From Bispira polyomma (taxonomy: Eukaryota): a stretch of DNA of 64,000 bases. Made by a program: the position numbers and the translations under genes. Below, piece by piece: positions 13,204-25,875 of this stretch. The stretch lies in NCBI GenBank assembly GCA_965649765.1, contig OZ287752.1, forward strand, positions 17,422,001 through 17,486,000, given 5' to 3'. The first letter of the stretch is position 1. Each line of letters begins with the position of its first letter. The notes below the pieces were generated by a model. That model had not been told where the DNA came from. It saw only the letters and a program-made list of their open reading frames with translations, and ran no database searches.

Positions 13204-14980
13204 CAATAGAAAGGGGTCAGTTGGTCACACTACAGACTGACCTCTCTCTATTGTCAGACTGTAGTGACTAGCTGACCCCTCTCTATTGTCAGACTATAGT
13301 AACCAGCTGGCATCTCTATTGTTAGACTGTAGTGACTGGCTGACCCCTCTATGTTGTCAGACTATAATGACGGGCTAACCCCTCTCTATTTTGGGACTAT
13401 AGTGACCGGCTAACCCCTCTCTATTGTTAAACTGTAATAACAGGCTGACTCCTCTCTATGGTCAGACTATAATGACTGGCTGACCCGTCTCTATGGTCAA
13501 ACTATAATGACAGGCTGACCCCTCTCTATTGTCAGACTATAGTGACTGACCGACCTCTATATTGTTAGACTTTAATGACTGGTTGACCTCTCTCTATTGT
13601 CAGACTATAGTGGCCGGCTGACCACTCTATTGTTAGACTGTAATGACCGGCTGACCCCTCTCTATGGTCAGACTATAATGACCAGCTGACCCCTCTCTAT
13701 GGTCCGACTATAATGCCCAGCTGACCCCTCTCTATTGTCAGACTATAATGACCGGCTGACCACTCTCTATTGTTAGACTGTAATGCCAGGCTGACCCCTC
13801 TCTATGGTCAATCTATAACGACCGACTCACCCCTCTCTATTGTCAAACTATAATGACTGGTTGACCCCTCTCTATTGTTAGATCCTAATGACAGGCTGAC
13901 CCTCTCTATTGTCAGACTATAATAACCTGCTGACCCCTCTCTATGGTCAGACTATAATGAGCAGCTCACCCCTCTCTATGGTCCGACTATAATGACTGGC
14001 TGATCCCTCTCTATGGTCAGACTATAATGAGCAGCTCACCCCTCTCTATGGTCCGACTATAATGACCGGCTGACCCCTCTCTATTGTTAGATCGTAATGA
14101 CAGGCTGACCCTCTCTATGGTCAAACTGTAGTGACCAGCTGATTCTTCTCTATTGTCAGACTGTAGCGACCAGCTGACCCCTCTCTATTGTTAAACTGTA
14201 ATGACCGGCTGACCCCTCTCTGTGGTCAGACTATAATGACTGGCTGACCCCTCTCTATGATCAAAATATAATGACCAGCTCACCCCTCTCTATGGTCAGA
14301 CTATAATGACCGGCTGACCCCTCTCTATTGTTAGACTATAATGACTGGCTGACCCCTCTCTATTGTTAGACTATAATGACTGGCTGACCCCTCTCTATGG
14401 TCAGACTATAATGACTGGCTGACCTCTCTCTATTGTCAGATTATAATGACTGGCTGACCCCTCTCTATTGTCAGACTATAATGACTGGCTGACCCCTCTC
14501 TATTGTCAGATTATAATGACTGGCTGACCCCTCTCTATTGTCAGACTATAATGACTGGCTGACCCCTCTCTATTGTCAGACTATAATGACCGGCTGACCC
14601 CTCTCTATGGTCAGACTATAATGACCGGCTGACCCCTCTCTATTGTTAGACTATAATGACCGGCTGACCCCTCTCTATTGTTAGACTGTAGTAACTGGCT
14701 GACCCCTCTCTATTGTCAGACTATAACGGCAGGCTGACCCCTCTCTATTGTTAGACTATAGTGACCGGTTGACCCCTTTCTATTGTCAGACTATAATGAC
14801 AGACTGACCCCTCTCTATTGTTAGACTGTAGTGAATGGCTGACCCCTCTCTATTGTCAGACTATAGTGACAGGCTCACCCTCTCTATTCTCAGACTGTCA
14901 TGACCGGCTGACCTCTCTCTATTGTCAGACGATAATGGCAGACAGACATCTCTATTGTTAGACTGTATTGACCGGCTGAC
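13204..14980. repeat. Intronic satellite, 35 bp unit TGACCGGCTGACCCCTCTCTATTGTCAGACTATAA, ~50 copies, first unit (13204-13241) inverted
   Basis: Direct inspection; most homogeneous at ~14300-14700. Confidence 0.97.
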
Positions 14981-15133
14981 ACCAGAAAACACCAGAAAAC
15001 AATTACTGGTAACACAGAAATGTACTCAATTAAGCCTTTGTACACCAGAAAACAGTCACTGATAACTGACAGAAAAGTACTCAATTAACCCTTTCTACAC
15101 CTACTAGAAAACAATCACTGATAACTGACAGAA
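14981..15133. repeat. ~53 bp tandem array, left half (right half at 22851-23022; split by the DIRS insertion)
   Basis: accagaaaacaatcactgataactgacagaaatgtactc..ttaaccct unit on both sides of the DIRS element. Confidence 0.8.
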
Positions 15134-16129
15134 TAATAAATTTTAATTAGTAAATTTAATTTTTGTTTACGTATTTACTTACCAAGCAGACATTAGCTAT
15201 ATGTAGGCATATGCTGATCCACAACAAACACAGACAAAGTGTCCCGGCTCAAGCACCAGCCGGACCCGTACTGGTTCCCCAACCATCTATCAGGAGGCGG
15301 TAGTGCACGCGCACACTGGTTGTATATTTGTCATTTTATCGCTTTGGTCCACCTACTTAAAATAATCATTTCCCCTAATATATTGAATAAGTGGAGTAGG
15401 TAGGGTAGGACTTCCCTGTCTGCCGGATAAGTATTTTAGTTAATAAAAATTTAATTTACTAATTATTTTTTTTTATTTTATTACATTATATTTACTTACC
15501 CAGCAGACATTAGCTAGATTAACTACCCAATGGTTGGAAGGTGTTATACTAGTTAGGTTGAAAGGTCTTAAAATAGCACAGATTTGGTGATCTTTTTGTT
15601 TCTAAAGGTTAATGTCTAGGTCACCGGTTAAACCGGTAGGACTGCCACAAGCCCACTTGTTTTTTTCTTTCCACTATATGAGGAAGAGGGGATGACCATT
15701 AACAACACAAGCCAAACCACAGGGAGAAAGCCTGATGGGAATTGACTGATTGAGGAGAAAAAAGACTTATTTGTGAATAGACAAAAATAAAAAGCAGCCT
15801 AATAACTGTGGGCTTGCTTTTAGTTGTTTATAGAGGGAGTGACTAATTACCCTGGTCATCTACCCTTGTTTTACTCTTCTTAATTAATAAGAGTAGTACC
15901 TAATTTACAATTGGGTACTCTTGTAATAGATAATTACAGAAACTTGGGATTAATTACTTCATCCATTGTTCCACTTAATTACATAATAATTACTTTGACT
16001 ACCATGCATAAAATTATAAAAGAATCTAGGGATGGATCTGCTGGACAGCTACCACTGGGCCTAAATAAAAATGTTCCTTGTCAGCCGACGCAATGTTTGG
16101 CAGGTAGAACTGGCTACAGGTATGACTAG

Positions 16130-16720
16130 AATCCCAATGACACGCAGAGAAGATTTGTTCTAGGGACATTCCACTCTGGAAAACCTTGGAGACAGCAAAA
16201 GCTCTGACGTCATAGGCTTTTTACTTGATGCAGGTTGAATGCCTCCTCATCTGATAAGTTATAACACATGACAATGGTTTTCCAGAAGGAGATAGTAGCA
16301 GCAGAAATGTCCTTCTTAAAACCCTTTTTAAAAGAGACAAAGACTTCTTATTTGTCCTAAGTTCACTTGTTCTATCCAAGTAATAACGCAATGCTTTAAC
16401 TGGGCTTAGAGAACGGTCCTCTGGAACGGATCTGTCTATAGTCGGTGATAGAGCCAGTATTTCCACAGAGGCTAAACTGCCTGGTCCATCTCTGGCCAAT
16501 TGATTTTTAGCCAGAAAGGACGGAAAGGGGTAAATGGAAACTTTTGACCAGTCCTGCTGGTGTCTCATATTCTCATTTACCCAAGCATGTATTTAACTTC
16601 TCCGTTTTCCAGAGGCTAAAGCCATAAGGAAATCGGTTTTGAAGGTGACATTTTTCAGAGAAGCCTTTAGGTTCAAAGAGGGCTTTTGTGAGTTGTTGAA
16701 GGACAAAGGAGAGGTTTCAA
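16130..16720 (-). pseudogene. DIRS tyrosine recombinase remnant
   Basis: KTDFLMALASGKRRS, PSFLAKNQ, LSPVKALRYYLDRT, KAYDVRAFAVS..QIFSACHW. Confidence 0.85.
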
Positions 16721-16779
16721 GCTGGAGCTCCCCGTTTGCCCTTGGGTTTGTCCCTATGGAATAAGGATAGGTGTAAAAG

Positions 16780-17310
16780 TGTGATTTCATTCGTCCCTCT
16801 TTGTTTATGTAAGACACCACTGTGGTGTTGTCTGTGGCAATGAGAACTGTCTCATTTTCGACACCTTCCTTCGAACTTCTTTAAGGCTAAGAGAACCGCT
16901 TTTAGTTCTAAGAAGTTTATGTGCAGTTTATCTTTTGGACCACATGCCTGACAAACTGAGCTATGGCATGGCTTCAGAAAATCACCTTCCTGATCTTGTC
17001 GGTTACTGATTTCTTTCTTGAGTCGGACGAACTCGCCTGACTGGAGGTCGTATTGATAACCCACAAAGTTAAAGACTTGTTTGAGTATCAATTCTGACTT
17101 CTCTATGTTCACTATCCAACCTAGTTTCTTTACTAATGAGACCAGTTTCTGAGTTTTTTGGTTACAGCTGTTCTTGTCTGAGGAGGCTACTTTTGAAAGG
17201 GAAGAGAGTATCCCGTCTGTATCAAAGCTACAGCGCTGGCGCTGCCTTTCAGTAACCTCCATTGTTCCCAATAGAACTGGAGGCGATCTCCCACAGGGAG
17301 GTGAGGGACA
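16780..17310 (-). pseudogene. DIRS RT/RNase H remnant (large internal deletions)
   Basis: PVGDRL..GYSLPF; KLGWIVNIEKSEL..FVGYQYDL; HINFLELKAVLLAL; DNTTVVSYINKEG. Confidence 0.85.
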
Positions 17311-20103
17311 ACATTTGTGACATTTGAGACAATTGGGGCAAGGCTTGAGTAGGGAACAAAAGAAATGTGCTTCACACTTTGTAATCTGGCTTCTGTTATA
17401 GAAGGTACACGATGAGCAACAATACTGGAGTAAACATTTCTTTGTTAAAACAACCGGTGAACACTGGAAACATCTTTCACAGTATTTACATGTTTCTTTT
17501 TTACAATATTTAAAACCAAAGCCTGAAATTTGTCTACAATACAGGCACTGGGAAGACCTCGGTGAAATTAGGTGTCATTTCCTCTGCTGAGGCCAAGCAC
17601 GTAACAAACACGTAACAAACAGCTTTGTGGAACTCCTGTTCCTTCAAATGCTCGTGGAAATATGCTGACAACATGCCCATGTAACCCGGGGACTCTCAGT
17701 TTGGGTGATACATTCTTTGATTACAGCTCCAGCAACAGAGCAGCTCTCGTTGCAATTTGTGGTACACCTAGTGTAAGCCACACTATGGTTTCGAATTAAA
17801 GTCCCTTCCCGGAGTGAATGTTCCATTTTTCTGACACCTTCCTAAGAAAGAGGCCTGAGAGGAGGAGCAGTAGACGACAGCTTGTGTTTACCATTTCTCT
17901 GGAATATTGTGTTGAGGATAGCTGGTGAAGCCGACCACAACTGTGCACTGGGGAGAGCCGGTGGAGGGGCTCTCATCAGTTGAGGAGGAAAAACCTTTGT
18001 TGCATTCTCCTTTGTAAGCGTGTTTTGGGTACCCGCGTTGCTGCGACTTAGGCGGCCTTGTGAACTGATCAGGGTGAAGAGTACCATTTGCCCCTTTAGT
18101 GCTATATCCATGTGTGGCGACATGGTGGCAAGAATCACACTTTCTGAGCAGCCATGGTTGGTAGGAAGCGACACTTTACCAACCGGCTGGGATCTGTGCC
18201 CCTGGAAGGGGTTTTCAAAGTTTGTTGGGAGGTGTTCCACATCAGTAATATTGGTCCAACCCATGAATTGTCTGATGGATCTAATCGTCTGATGAATCGA
18301 ATCTATGGATCTAATCATCTTCCGGAAGGAGCTTTCCTCAGATACAGCAGTAGGGTCCGGGGACACAGTATCTGCCTCAGAGGCTCCTCCTCTTGACCTA
18401 GTTGAATTTGAGAGCCAGTGTTAATCTTCATGAGTCGAACTCTCTATTTCCACCTCCTGATCTGTGCCTCTAGATATTACTACTGGTGGGGTCTCGGGGC
18501 GAGATATAGTAGCCGTCACAAAGGCACTTGAGGGTACATAACCGGTAGCAAGTTCTCCCGTAAAAGTTGGTGATGTAGGTATGATAATCTTGGCACTGTC
18601 TGCAAATACCGGATTGGGTCTTGGAATTAGTGATCTGGGCACAGTATGAGTTATTAGAGGGGGCGCATGTGACCCTCATAAGTTCTGTTAACATAATATG
18701 GACTGATACTACTAGCCATGCTCTGAACAATCAGGGGGGGTTATAATATGTTGTTGAGCTGATATAGGGAATTCCCCCGAAGCGGCAAGAAGTCGGGTAA
18801 CCAGTAGCCGGTCAGTGCTGGAGCCGGTTGAGCGAACTCAGGCTCCAATAATTGCTGCTCCATGGCAGACATCCTCTGGGACCACCGTGCAAAAAGAGAC
18901 TTCATCTCTAACATTAAATCTGCAGGAGAAATCTGAGTCTTGTCAATCTCTACAGAAGGCCCAATTTCTCTCTGAACCAGAGGCGTAGTGGGAGTAAAAT
19001 CTGTAAGTTCTTTAAATCCTTGAGGGTGAGAAGCTGACGTATCCAATCTCGTGGGATAATTGGTAGAAGGCCCAACATTGGCTCCCAGAAGTGCATCCAA
19101 GTCTTTTTTTAGTTATAACCTGTCCATCAGCAAAGGCTGTCCCCACAGAGTGCATATCTAACTCTGACTTTCTGATTTTATAAGCTGGCTAAAGTAGTGG
19201 TTCCACATTGCCAATTTTGTTTCCAACCTTCCAGATTTAGAGGTCCGTTACGTGTCCATATTGGTCTGGAGTCAAAAACAGGGTGGTTGGGAAGGTCGGC
19301 GAGGATATCTAACCTATTTTTCAAATTTACCCTGACTTGCCTCCTCGACCTTTAAAAAAGGGAAGGTCGATTTTGTCAAATAACTTCGAGCGTATTGTCA
19401 ATATCTGTCTTATCGCACTACATGCCTGTCCTAACACTTGCCCGTTCGATTCTACTCAAATTCGCCCCATTTTTGATCAGACAGAACGAGCCAGCAATAC
19501 GATTGAACTTACTTATATCTCAACCTGATATATTGCGCCCCAATAGAACTTACTGTCACCACGGCAGAACTTGGAGTTTATACATATTTTTACCCTGATC
19601 GAACTGACCAGAGTAGGAGAGAACGTATTGGCTATCAGATCTGCCGGGAGAGGTACAAAATTGAACAGGGTGAGGATACTATTGAACTTACACCCAAAAG
19701 GATCTGGTGTATTCACTCCTGACCAAAAGGATCTAACTTTGAATGCCGGGGCATTTAGGTAAAAAAACAAATTCCATCAGTACTGGACTCCCCATTGTAT
19801 TTGGAGATTGCTGGCTGTTATACTAGTAGTGTTTTTAACTGTGAGGCTTTTTTATTGTTTTTAATATTTTGTGCACTTGAGCTTTTAGAGAAAGTTTTAC
19901 AGTTAGGTTTTTTTATTATATACACAACAGAGAGAGAGAGGGAATTTGATCTTGGAGTTTTATCAGGTGAGATTGAGGGACAGAGAAAGACAAGAGGGAA
20001 AGTTTGGCACCTAGTGACAAGAGCAACACAAAAGAGGGATTGTTGGAATCATCCCAGGAATTGACCGAATTGTCCCAGTATAGAGGTCGGCGAGATGATG
20101 CAT

Positions 20104-20370
20104 GTCATACTGACAGAGGCATATGAGGAGGCCGTAGTGGATTTTGTTAGAGACAACAAAGTCCTCTACAACAAGAGGCACAAACAGTTTAAAGACAAAA
20201 GTTTCAAGTTCAGACATGAAGATGATTTAAGTCAAGATGTAGTTTGAATCACAGCGAACTCGTTTTGGAAAGTTGATGGCAAAGAAGTCAGGGCAAGGAG
20301 CCCCAGAGTTCACTGACAGGGAGAACTGGCTTATGAGCAGATTTTCTTTCCTAGGCTCGCACATAGTGCA
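20104..20370 (+). pseudogene. Harbinger Myb/SANT-MADF-like DNA-binding protein remnant
   Basis: Manual translation: EEAVVDFVRDNKVLYNKRHKQFKDK...FESQRTRFGKLMAKKSGQGAPEFTDRENWLMSRFSFLGSHI. Confidence 0.75.
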
Positions 20371-21699
20371 CCACATCAAGTCTTTTGCATTCAAGCCATC
20401 TGCCACATCCACCCAGTGAGTTTCCACAGCACGTCCAGGAGATTTGCATGATTTGTCAAGGGGCTCTAGTGTCGGGGTATACAGTGCAGCCGAGCCCAGA
20501 TTGAGTACACAGAGGAGTTCTCTACCCTGTCAGGTCGTCGATCTCAACAGTCAGCTAGTTGAGCATCTGGGAAACATGAAGACCATGATGTCGACCTTGA
20601 CGGGAGAAGAAAGTACATAGTAGGAGAGGCCCCAGTCAAACCGCGCCACTTTCTTCAAGTACCTGGCCACAGAAGCAGAGAAACTGGACAAGGGGGAATT
20701 TCAGTCTTTTTGGAAAGTGACAGCACAGCATCCAGTTCTCATGCTGGATACAGCTACTGTGTCTCAGGGTGCTCCGAAACAGGTATGTCAGAGTCAGAAG
20801 CTGTTATCTTATTTTGTTATCTTATTCTTATGGACGAGATATTGGTGGTTCCTACAAAGGTGAAGTTGGCTAGCCCTTCACCGAGTGGACAATTCTCAAA
20901 CCTGCCGTCCAATGCTTTCATCATGGTGAAGATTTGGCACACAACACTTTGACCATTTCATCATTTCTGAGGTAGTGCAACCCAGAAATGCCCCAGATTT
21001 ATGGATACAAACAAAGAGATTAAAATGTTCCCAATTAAAAAAAATCGATACACACATAGAAGTTGTAAGTCACTGGCCCAGAGTTGAAACCTCAAAGTAA
21101 AAATTACATTGTGGTAAACTTCCCAAAAATACAAATGAAGAAAGCCCAAATTATAACTGAATTAAGAGAAAAGGCCCTCATTGCCATATCAAAATGTTTT
21201 CTTTTAAATATTAAGAGAAAAGAAATGATTTAGAAACAATTTTGAAAAAAGAAATAAGCAAGTTTTTCTAACCCCACTACTTTAAAGGTTCAAACCCAAT
21301 TTATTTCAAAAACTAGTGGTCACACAAATGACAAAACTTGAAAAAAGGCGTATAACACTGAATGGGCCATCAGCTATTACTGGGGAATCTTTAGGTTATA
21401 TATTATGGGGACCTACAGTAGCTATTCATAATGTCAGTGTAAGGCTTTGAGTTCGAATCTATTTCAATAAGGGGTTTATTTCATCAGCGTGTGTGTTGGG
21501 GTCTAAAATATTTCTTGTATGGTGGGGATGTTTCTATAGTGGGGCCCAAAATATTAAATGTATGGGTTTGAACTCAATGGTTCATGTGATTTCTATTGGG
21601 TAAGGGGGTGAGAGGTGTAACAAACAGCTTTGTAATTGTTCTTGAAATATGTGGGTGGTCCTGAAAAGGATCTTCTTGGGTTATGGCTGTTTCCACAGC

Positions 21700-21926
21700 A
21701 GGTTCTTAAAATGTTAGGCAATATCACACATGTTAATGTCAGGTTTTAGGCCACTAGAGGATGTTGTTGTATGGTTGTCAGTAGAAGCCGGAACCTGACC
21801 AATATTCCGAAGGCATTCTCAACGTCCCTCCTTCCCCCGGATATTCTGTAGTTACATATCCTTTGGTTGTCAGTCAGTGCCTTCCTTGAATACGGTTTCA
21901 TCAACTAGGACTTTAGGGTGAAGGGT
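21700..21926 (-). pseudogene. Harbinger (DDE_Tnp_4-like) transposase C-terminal remnant
   Basis: Manual translation: [46 protein letters not shown], matching the [27 protein letters not shown] motif. Confidence 0.85.
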
Positions 21927-22850
21927 CTATATATATATATATATATAAAGAGGGTCAGACAGCATTCGTATAGCAGTCCCGATTTTATTTTTATAAAGTT
22001 CAATTCTATAGATCTGTATCAGCAATCAGTCAAATCGTATTGCCAACACGTTCGATCTTAGGGCAATACATCAGATTCTATCACCAAAGGGTTCGATTGT
22101 ACCAAGGTCTGGAAGGTCAGGCCACTTTTTAGTTTAAGTAGTAAAACCTTTAAGTTACATCAGGATCAGTGTCACCTCAAAACGGGACACAATCCATTTG
22201 ATCTTGAAAGTCGCCCGCATTTCTATTTTCCTAGCCAAAAAAATGAATTTTATTGATTGTTTCACCTTGACCATCCCGATCTCAAAGTCGGCCCTATTTT
22301 GCCAATCGAACATGAATGTGGAAGCACCACTTTAACAAGCTGTTTTATTTGAGAGGGTGTGAGGTTCAAACACATATCACATACAAGACCCGAGCAACAT
22401 GGACCCGAACCCATGTGCTTGTCCCTGCACTTGGCACAACGATCAAGAAGATTGCAAGCCGCCATCTTGTGGCCACACGCACCCTTCCCCTGGCCTGAGG
22501 CAGAATTGGTTTTATCTTTGTCCATGTTTACTGGAGCAAAAGCTACGTAAACAAAGCACAATCACAATATATATATCACTAAACCACTTTTCTAAACTTA
22601 AAATTATAACAAAGCTCTTTAGAACTATCAATCATTCGAAAAACACGTCTATCCAAGTCCACGCCAAATGATAACATGAGGAATATAGGACAAGCGTGCA
22701 CATGCGCCACCACCTCCTGGCGGGTGATTGGGAAACCAGTGCTGGTCCAGCCGGTGTTTGGCCTGGGACACTTTTTCTGTGTTTGGCGTGGACCGGCATA
22801 TGCCTACGTATTGCTAATGTCTGCCGAGTAAGTAAATATTAGTGTAATAA

Positions 22851-23022
22851 AAATGTACTCACTTAACGATTTTAACGCCTATTAGTAAACAATCAGTGGT
22901 AACTAACATAAATGTACTCACATAACCCTGTCTACACCAGAAAACAATCATTGATAACTGACGTAAATGTACCCACTTAACCCTTCCTACACCAGAAAAC
23001 AATCAGTAGTAACAGACAGAAA
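22851..23022. repeat. ~53 bp tandem array, right half
   Basis: Continues the unit at 14981-15133 in register (..ctgacagaa | aaatgtactc..). Confidence 0.8.
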
Positions 23023-23254
23023 CAAACACCACAGAATATTTATCTGGCATTCATTAAAACAGACAAGTCTGCTGCATTTAACAGGTTCCCCATGCGAGGA
23101 ACTGAAGGAAAATAAAACTAGACTTAGCGCATCTGAGAACCGATGCATATTTGAAACCACCCTAGGTAGCAAGCACCCTAGCTCGCACCTAAGCTAGAAG
23201 CCTATGATTTCCAATAGGGCATTTAGGCTAAAGCCTTAAAATGGCACAAGTGGC

Positions 23255-23870
23255 TTTCACATTGCAAACATGTGGGACCTATAAAAAGTGTGAGATAGGC
23301 ACTTTAAAGTTTGGCCTACCCATTTGACCTTGCACGAGGGATCCAAGGTCAAATCTGACCACAGCAAAAGATTAGCAGCCCATGATTTCCTATAGGTTGG
23401 TTTTACATCCCAAATCTGTACAACAAATAAAAAGCGAGATATAGGCAATTTTACGTTTAACCAAGACTGACCTTGAACAAGGGTCCAAAGGTTAATTTGG
23501 ACCACATCAAAAGATTATTAGGCCTTGATTTCCTTCAGGTTGGTTTCATATTCCAAACCTCTGGGACCAATAATAAGCGAAAAATATGCACTTTTAAGTT
23601 TGGCCATCTGCATTTGACCTTGAACAAGGGGCCCAAGGTCAAATCTGAGCACATCAAAAGATTCCCAGCCCATGATTTCCTAGAACTTAGTTATATTCTA
23701 AACCTCTACGACAAATAACAAGCGAGATATAGACACTTTTAAGTTTGGCCATCCACATTTGACCTTGAACAAGATGGCCCAAGGTCAAATCGGACCACAT
23801 CAAAAGATTCCCAAGTCTTAATTTCTTACAGGTTGGTTTAATATTCCAAACCTCTAGGACCAAAATAAGA
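23255..23870. repeat. ~145 bp satellite-like array (TGACCTTG/CAAGGTCA family), ~4 copies
   Basis: Unit starts at ~23295, 23441, 23584, 23729; same family as 3205-4170. Confidence 0.88.
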
Positions 23871-24470
23871 TAGGTTGTTATTTCTTTTTAAGTTGACAGA
23901 TAAGCAAAATGAATCCTATTGGTCAAAAATGGGCTCGAAATCGAGATAACAAAAAAGTACCAATTTCACATTTAAATGAAAAATCAATCGGTCGGCAATC
24001 AGTTAACTATCATCCAATTAATCTCAACAGCGTTTCCCATCCATAAAGTCGCCTTACCAAGGTGCATGCCAAATTTTATTGAGCTATGACAAATACTTGC
24101 TGAGAAAACCTAGTGACAAGCTCTTTTACACCCCCTGGGTCACCTGAGATTTAAGTAAGTCAAAGTTCAAAGCCAATAATTTAAAAAAATAAAAACATTT
24201 TCCACCCCTGGTTAAGATAACTGGCAAAAATAATTTTGATGCACATAACATTAAAGGAGATATTCAATGAAGACCGTGGAGCTAGGAAACAAGGAATGCT
24301 TAATTACAACTATGTAGATAAGGTATCCTCGACAGTGCTGATGTGTAGTGTGGGGTCATTTACTCCACAGTGTAGACTGGCAATTGTTTGCGACAGTGCC
24401 AAACCATGCTATGTCTAAAATGACACTTCTGCACTTCCAGTGGGCACGTTAAAGGTTACGAGTATTACCA

Positions 24471-24480
24471 GGGAAATTCC
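24471..24480 (+). promoter_or_regulatory. Candidate NF-kB site GGGAAATTCC in the NLR intron
   Basis: Exact kB consensus ~110 bp into the intron after the CARD exon; motif match only. Confidence 0.3.
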
Positions 24481-24592
24481 AGAAAGTGTGACTGAGTTTG
24501 AAAATAAGGAGACAGTATGGTCTTCAAAGTCAAACCTTTGTATGGCAGAGGTTTGGGGGATAGAGGTTCTGCTATTTTGACAAATCACTTAC

Positions 24593-24950
24593 CTTTCACA
24601 TCAAGTTGTCCAGGGACTACCCACTCCCCTGAATTAAGTTTGGTCTCTCCGTCTTTAATCCCATCATAGATCCAGGACAGTTTGTTCTTAAACACATTCA
24701 TCAACTCATTCACTTGCACCTCACTCTTCACAACTAGGTTTACTAAAGTGCCAACAGCAGAACCGCGGCCCTCTGCTTTCTGGTGAGCTAGCAGCATCTC
24801 ATTTTGGCTCGTACTTATCACTTGCCTCGAATATAGCTCATCTAGGAGATTGTCATCAAGGGGCAGGTTTTCCTTGAGCCATAAAATCATTGTCTGGAAA
24901 GCAGATCGTGTCAGACCTTCATCACTTTCTCTGGGGATGTTTGCAGCCAT
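24593..24950 (-). CDS. NLR first coding exon: CARD/death-fold N-terminal domain (119 aa)
   Basis: GCCATGG Kozak start at 24950; WLKENLPLDDNLLDELYSRQVIS..EML..AVGTLVNLV pattern typical of CARD; acceptor tttcag at 24960; donor AAG|GTAAGT at 24592, phase 1, in frame with exon at 13180 (..DVK-G-LQDHLKDNY). Confidence 0.82.
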
Positions 24951-24994
24951 GGCAGAATCCTGAAACAAGAAATATAATATTACAAATATTCAAT

Positions 24995-25332
24995 AATAAT
25001 AATTATTATTCATTTTATATAACGCATAATCATCACTGTTATCAAATGCGCTTTGACATTATTACTACAGTCTGGGTTCCCCCACTTGTCAACCAATTGT
25101 TCAGCCTCAGCTCCCTCACAAAGCATACTAGCCGTGCTGCCACATACAACACACAAAGACTAACACCCATTAGCAGCCAGGTACCCATATATACACCTGG
25201 ATAGAGAGGGACCACTTTGTGTAAAGCACCTTGTCCAAGTGTACAATATCCAGGCCAGCAAGAGTATCAAACCGAGGCTCTGACATTACTCAGATCCAAA
25301 GTCCAACACTCTCACCACTAGGCCATAGAGCC
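24995..25332 (-). mobile_element. tRNA-derived SINE with CORE/Deu(Nin)-like body
   Basis: Minus-strand head tggcctagtggtgagagtg (A box), degenerate B box, ccaggtacccat..tacacctgg..gagag..gtaaagcaccttgtccaag central motif, (AAT)n tail. Confidence 0.7.
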
Positions 25333-25875
25333 CACAAAATATAATCAAATGTTGTGGCTTTTGTACATGTTGTCCCGACTATAGAAGGCGATTGTCAGCG
25401 TTTTTTCAGGAATGGTTTCCAATACTTAAAATTGACATACAGGGTTTATACATTTGAGGCATCATACCTGGTATGAATTGGTATAGCACTGAAAGAACGG
25501 TTTGTGAATGAAACTGAGATAAAAAATTATGGTGATGGTTTCCCCAAAAGATTAGTAGTTTGCTACCTATAAATGGGCAATAATTTACAGACATGGGAAC
25601 ACATCTTATTAGATGATGCCTCTCATCAAGTAGGCCTGGTAAAAACCCAAAATACAATACAATCAAATGTATTAATATATCACAACATTATACCAATGGA
25701 CAAATTATTGTACAATGAAGGCAACTCAAGAGCATTATACTGTACATCATACTTTGAAACTTTCCCAAACTTTCCCAGTCATAATGACTTTCTTAAAGAC
25801 GGTTCATTTAATGTACCATGTGATTGTGGTGATTGAGATTCACCAAGAACTTCAAAGTTAGAAACAGGTACTTAC

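Larger units (their letters stand above)
19193..22331. mobile_element. Internally deleted PIF/Harbinger DNA transposon nested in the DIRS gag
   Basis: TIRs agtagtggttccacatt / aatgtggaagcaccact, TWA flanks (TAA 19190-2, TTA 22332-4); removal restores gag frame QIKQLVKPAYKIRK; convergent Myb/MADF and DDE transposase remnants. Confidence 0.9.
15134..22850 (-). mobile_element. Decayed DIRS1-type tyrosine-recombinase retrotransposon with both termini
   Basis: Inverted terminal repeats ~15172-15315 and ~22695-22850; internal complementary region ~15445-15516 matching both ends; gag N-terminal Cys/His cluster (CGHKM..CAKCR..CCSGLVCDMC), RT start PVGDRLQFYWEQW..GYSLPF, LGWIVNIEKSEL, RNase H HINFLELKAV..ATDNTTVVSYINKEG, YR ALASGKRRS, PVKALRYYLDRT; no TSD. 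Confidence 0.93.

Noticed and set aside
13235-14980. 35 bp repeats resembling a CRISPR array
   Set aside because: Units are head-to-tail with no unique spacers, there are no cas genes and the context is a eukaryotic intron; this is a minisatellite
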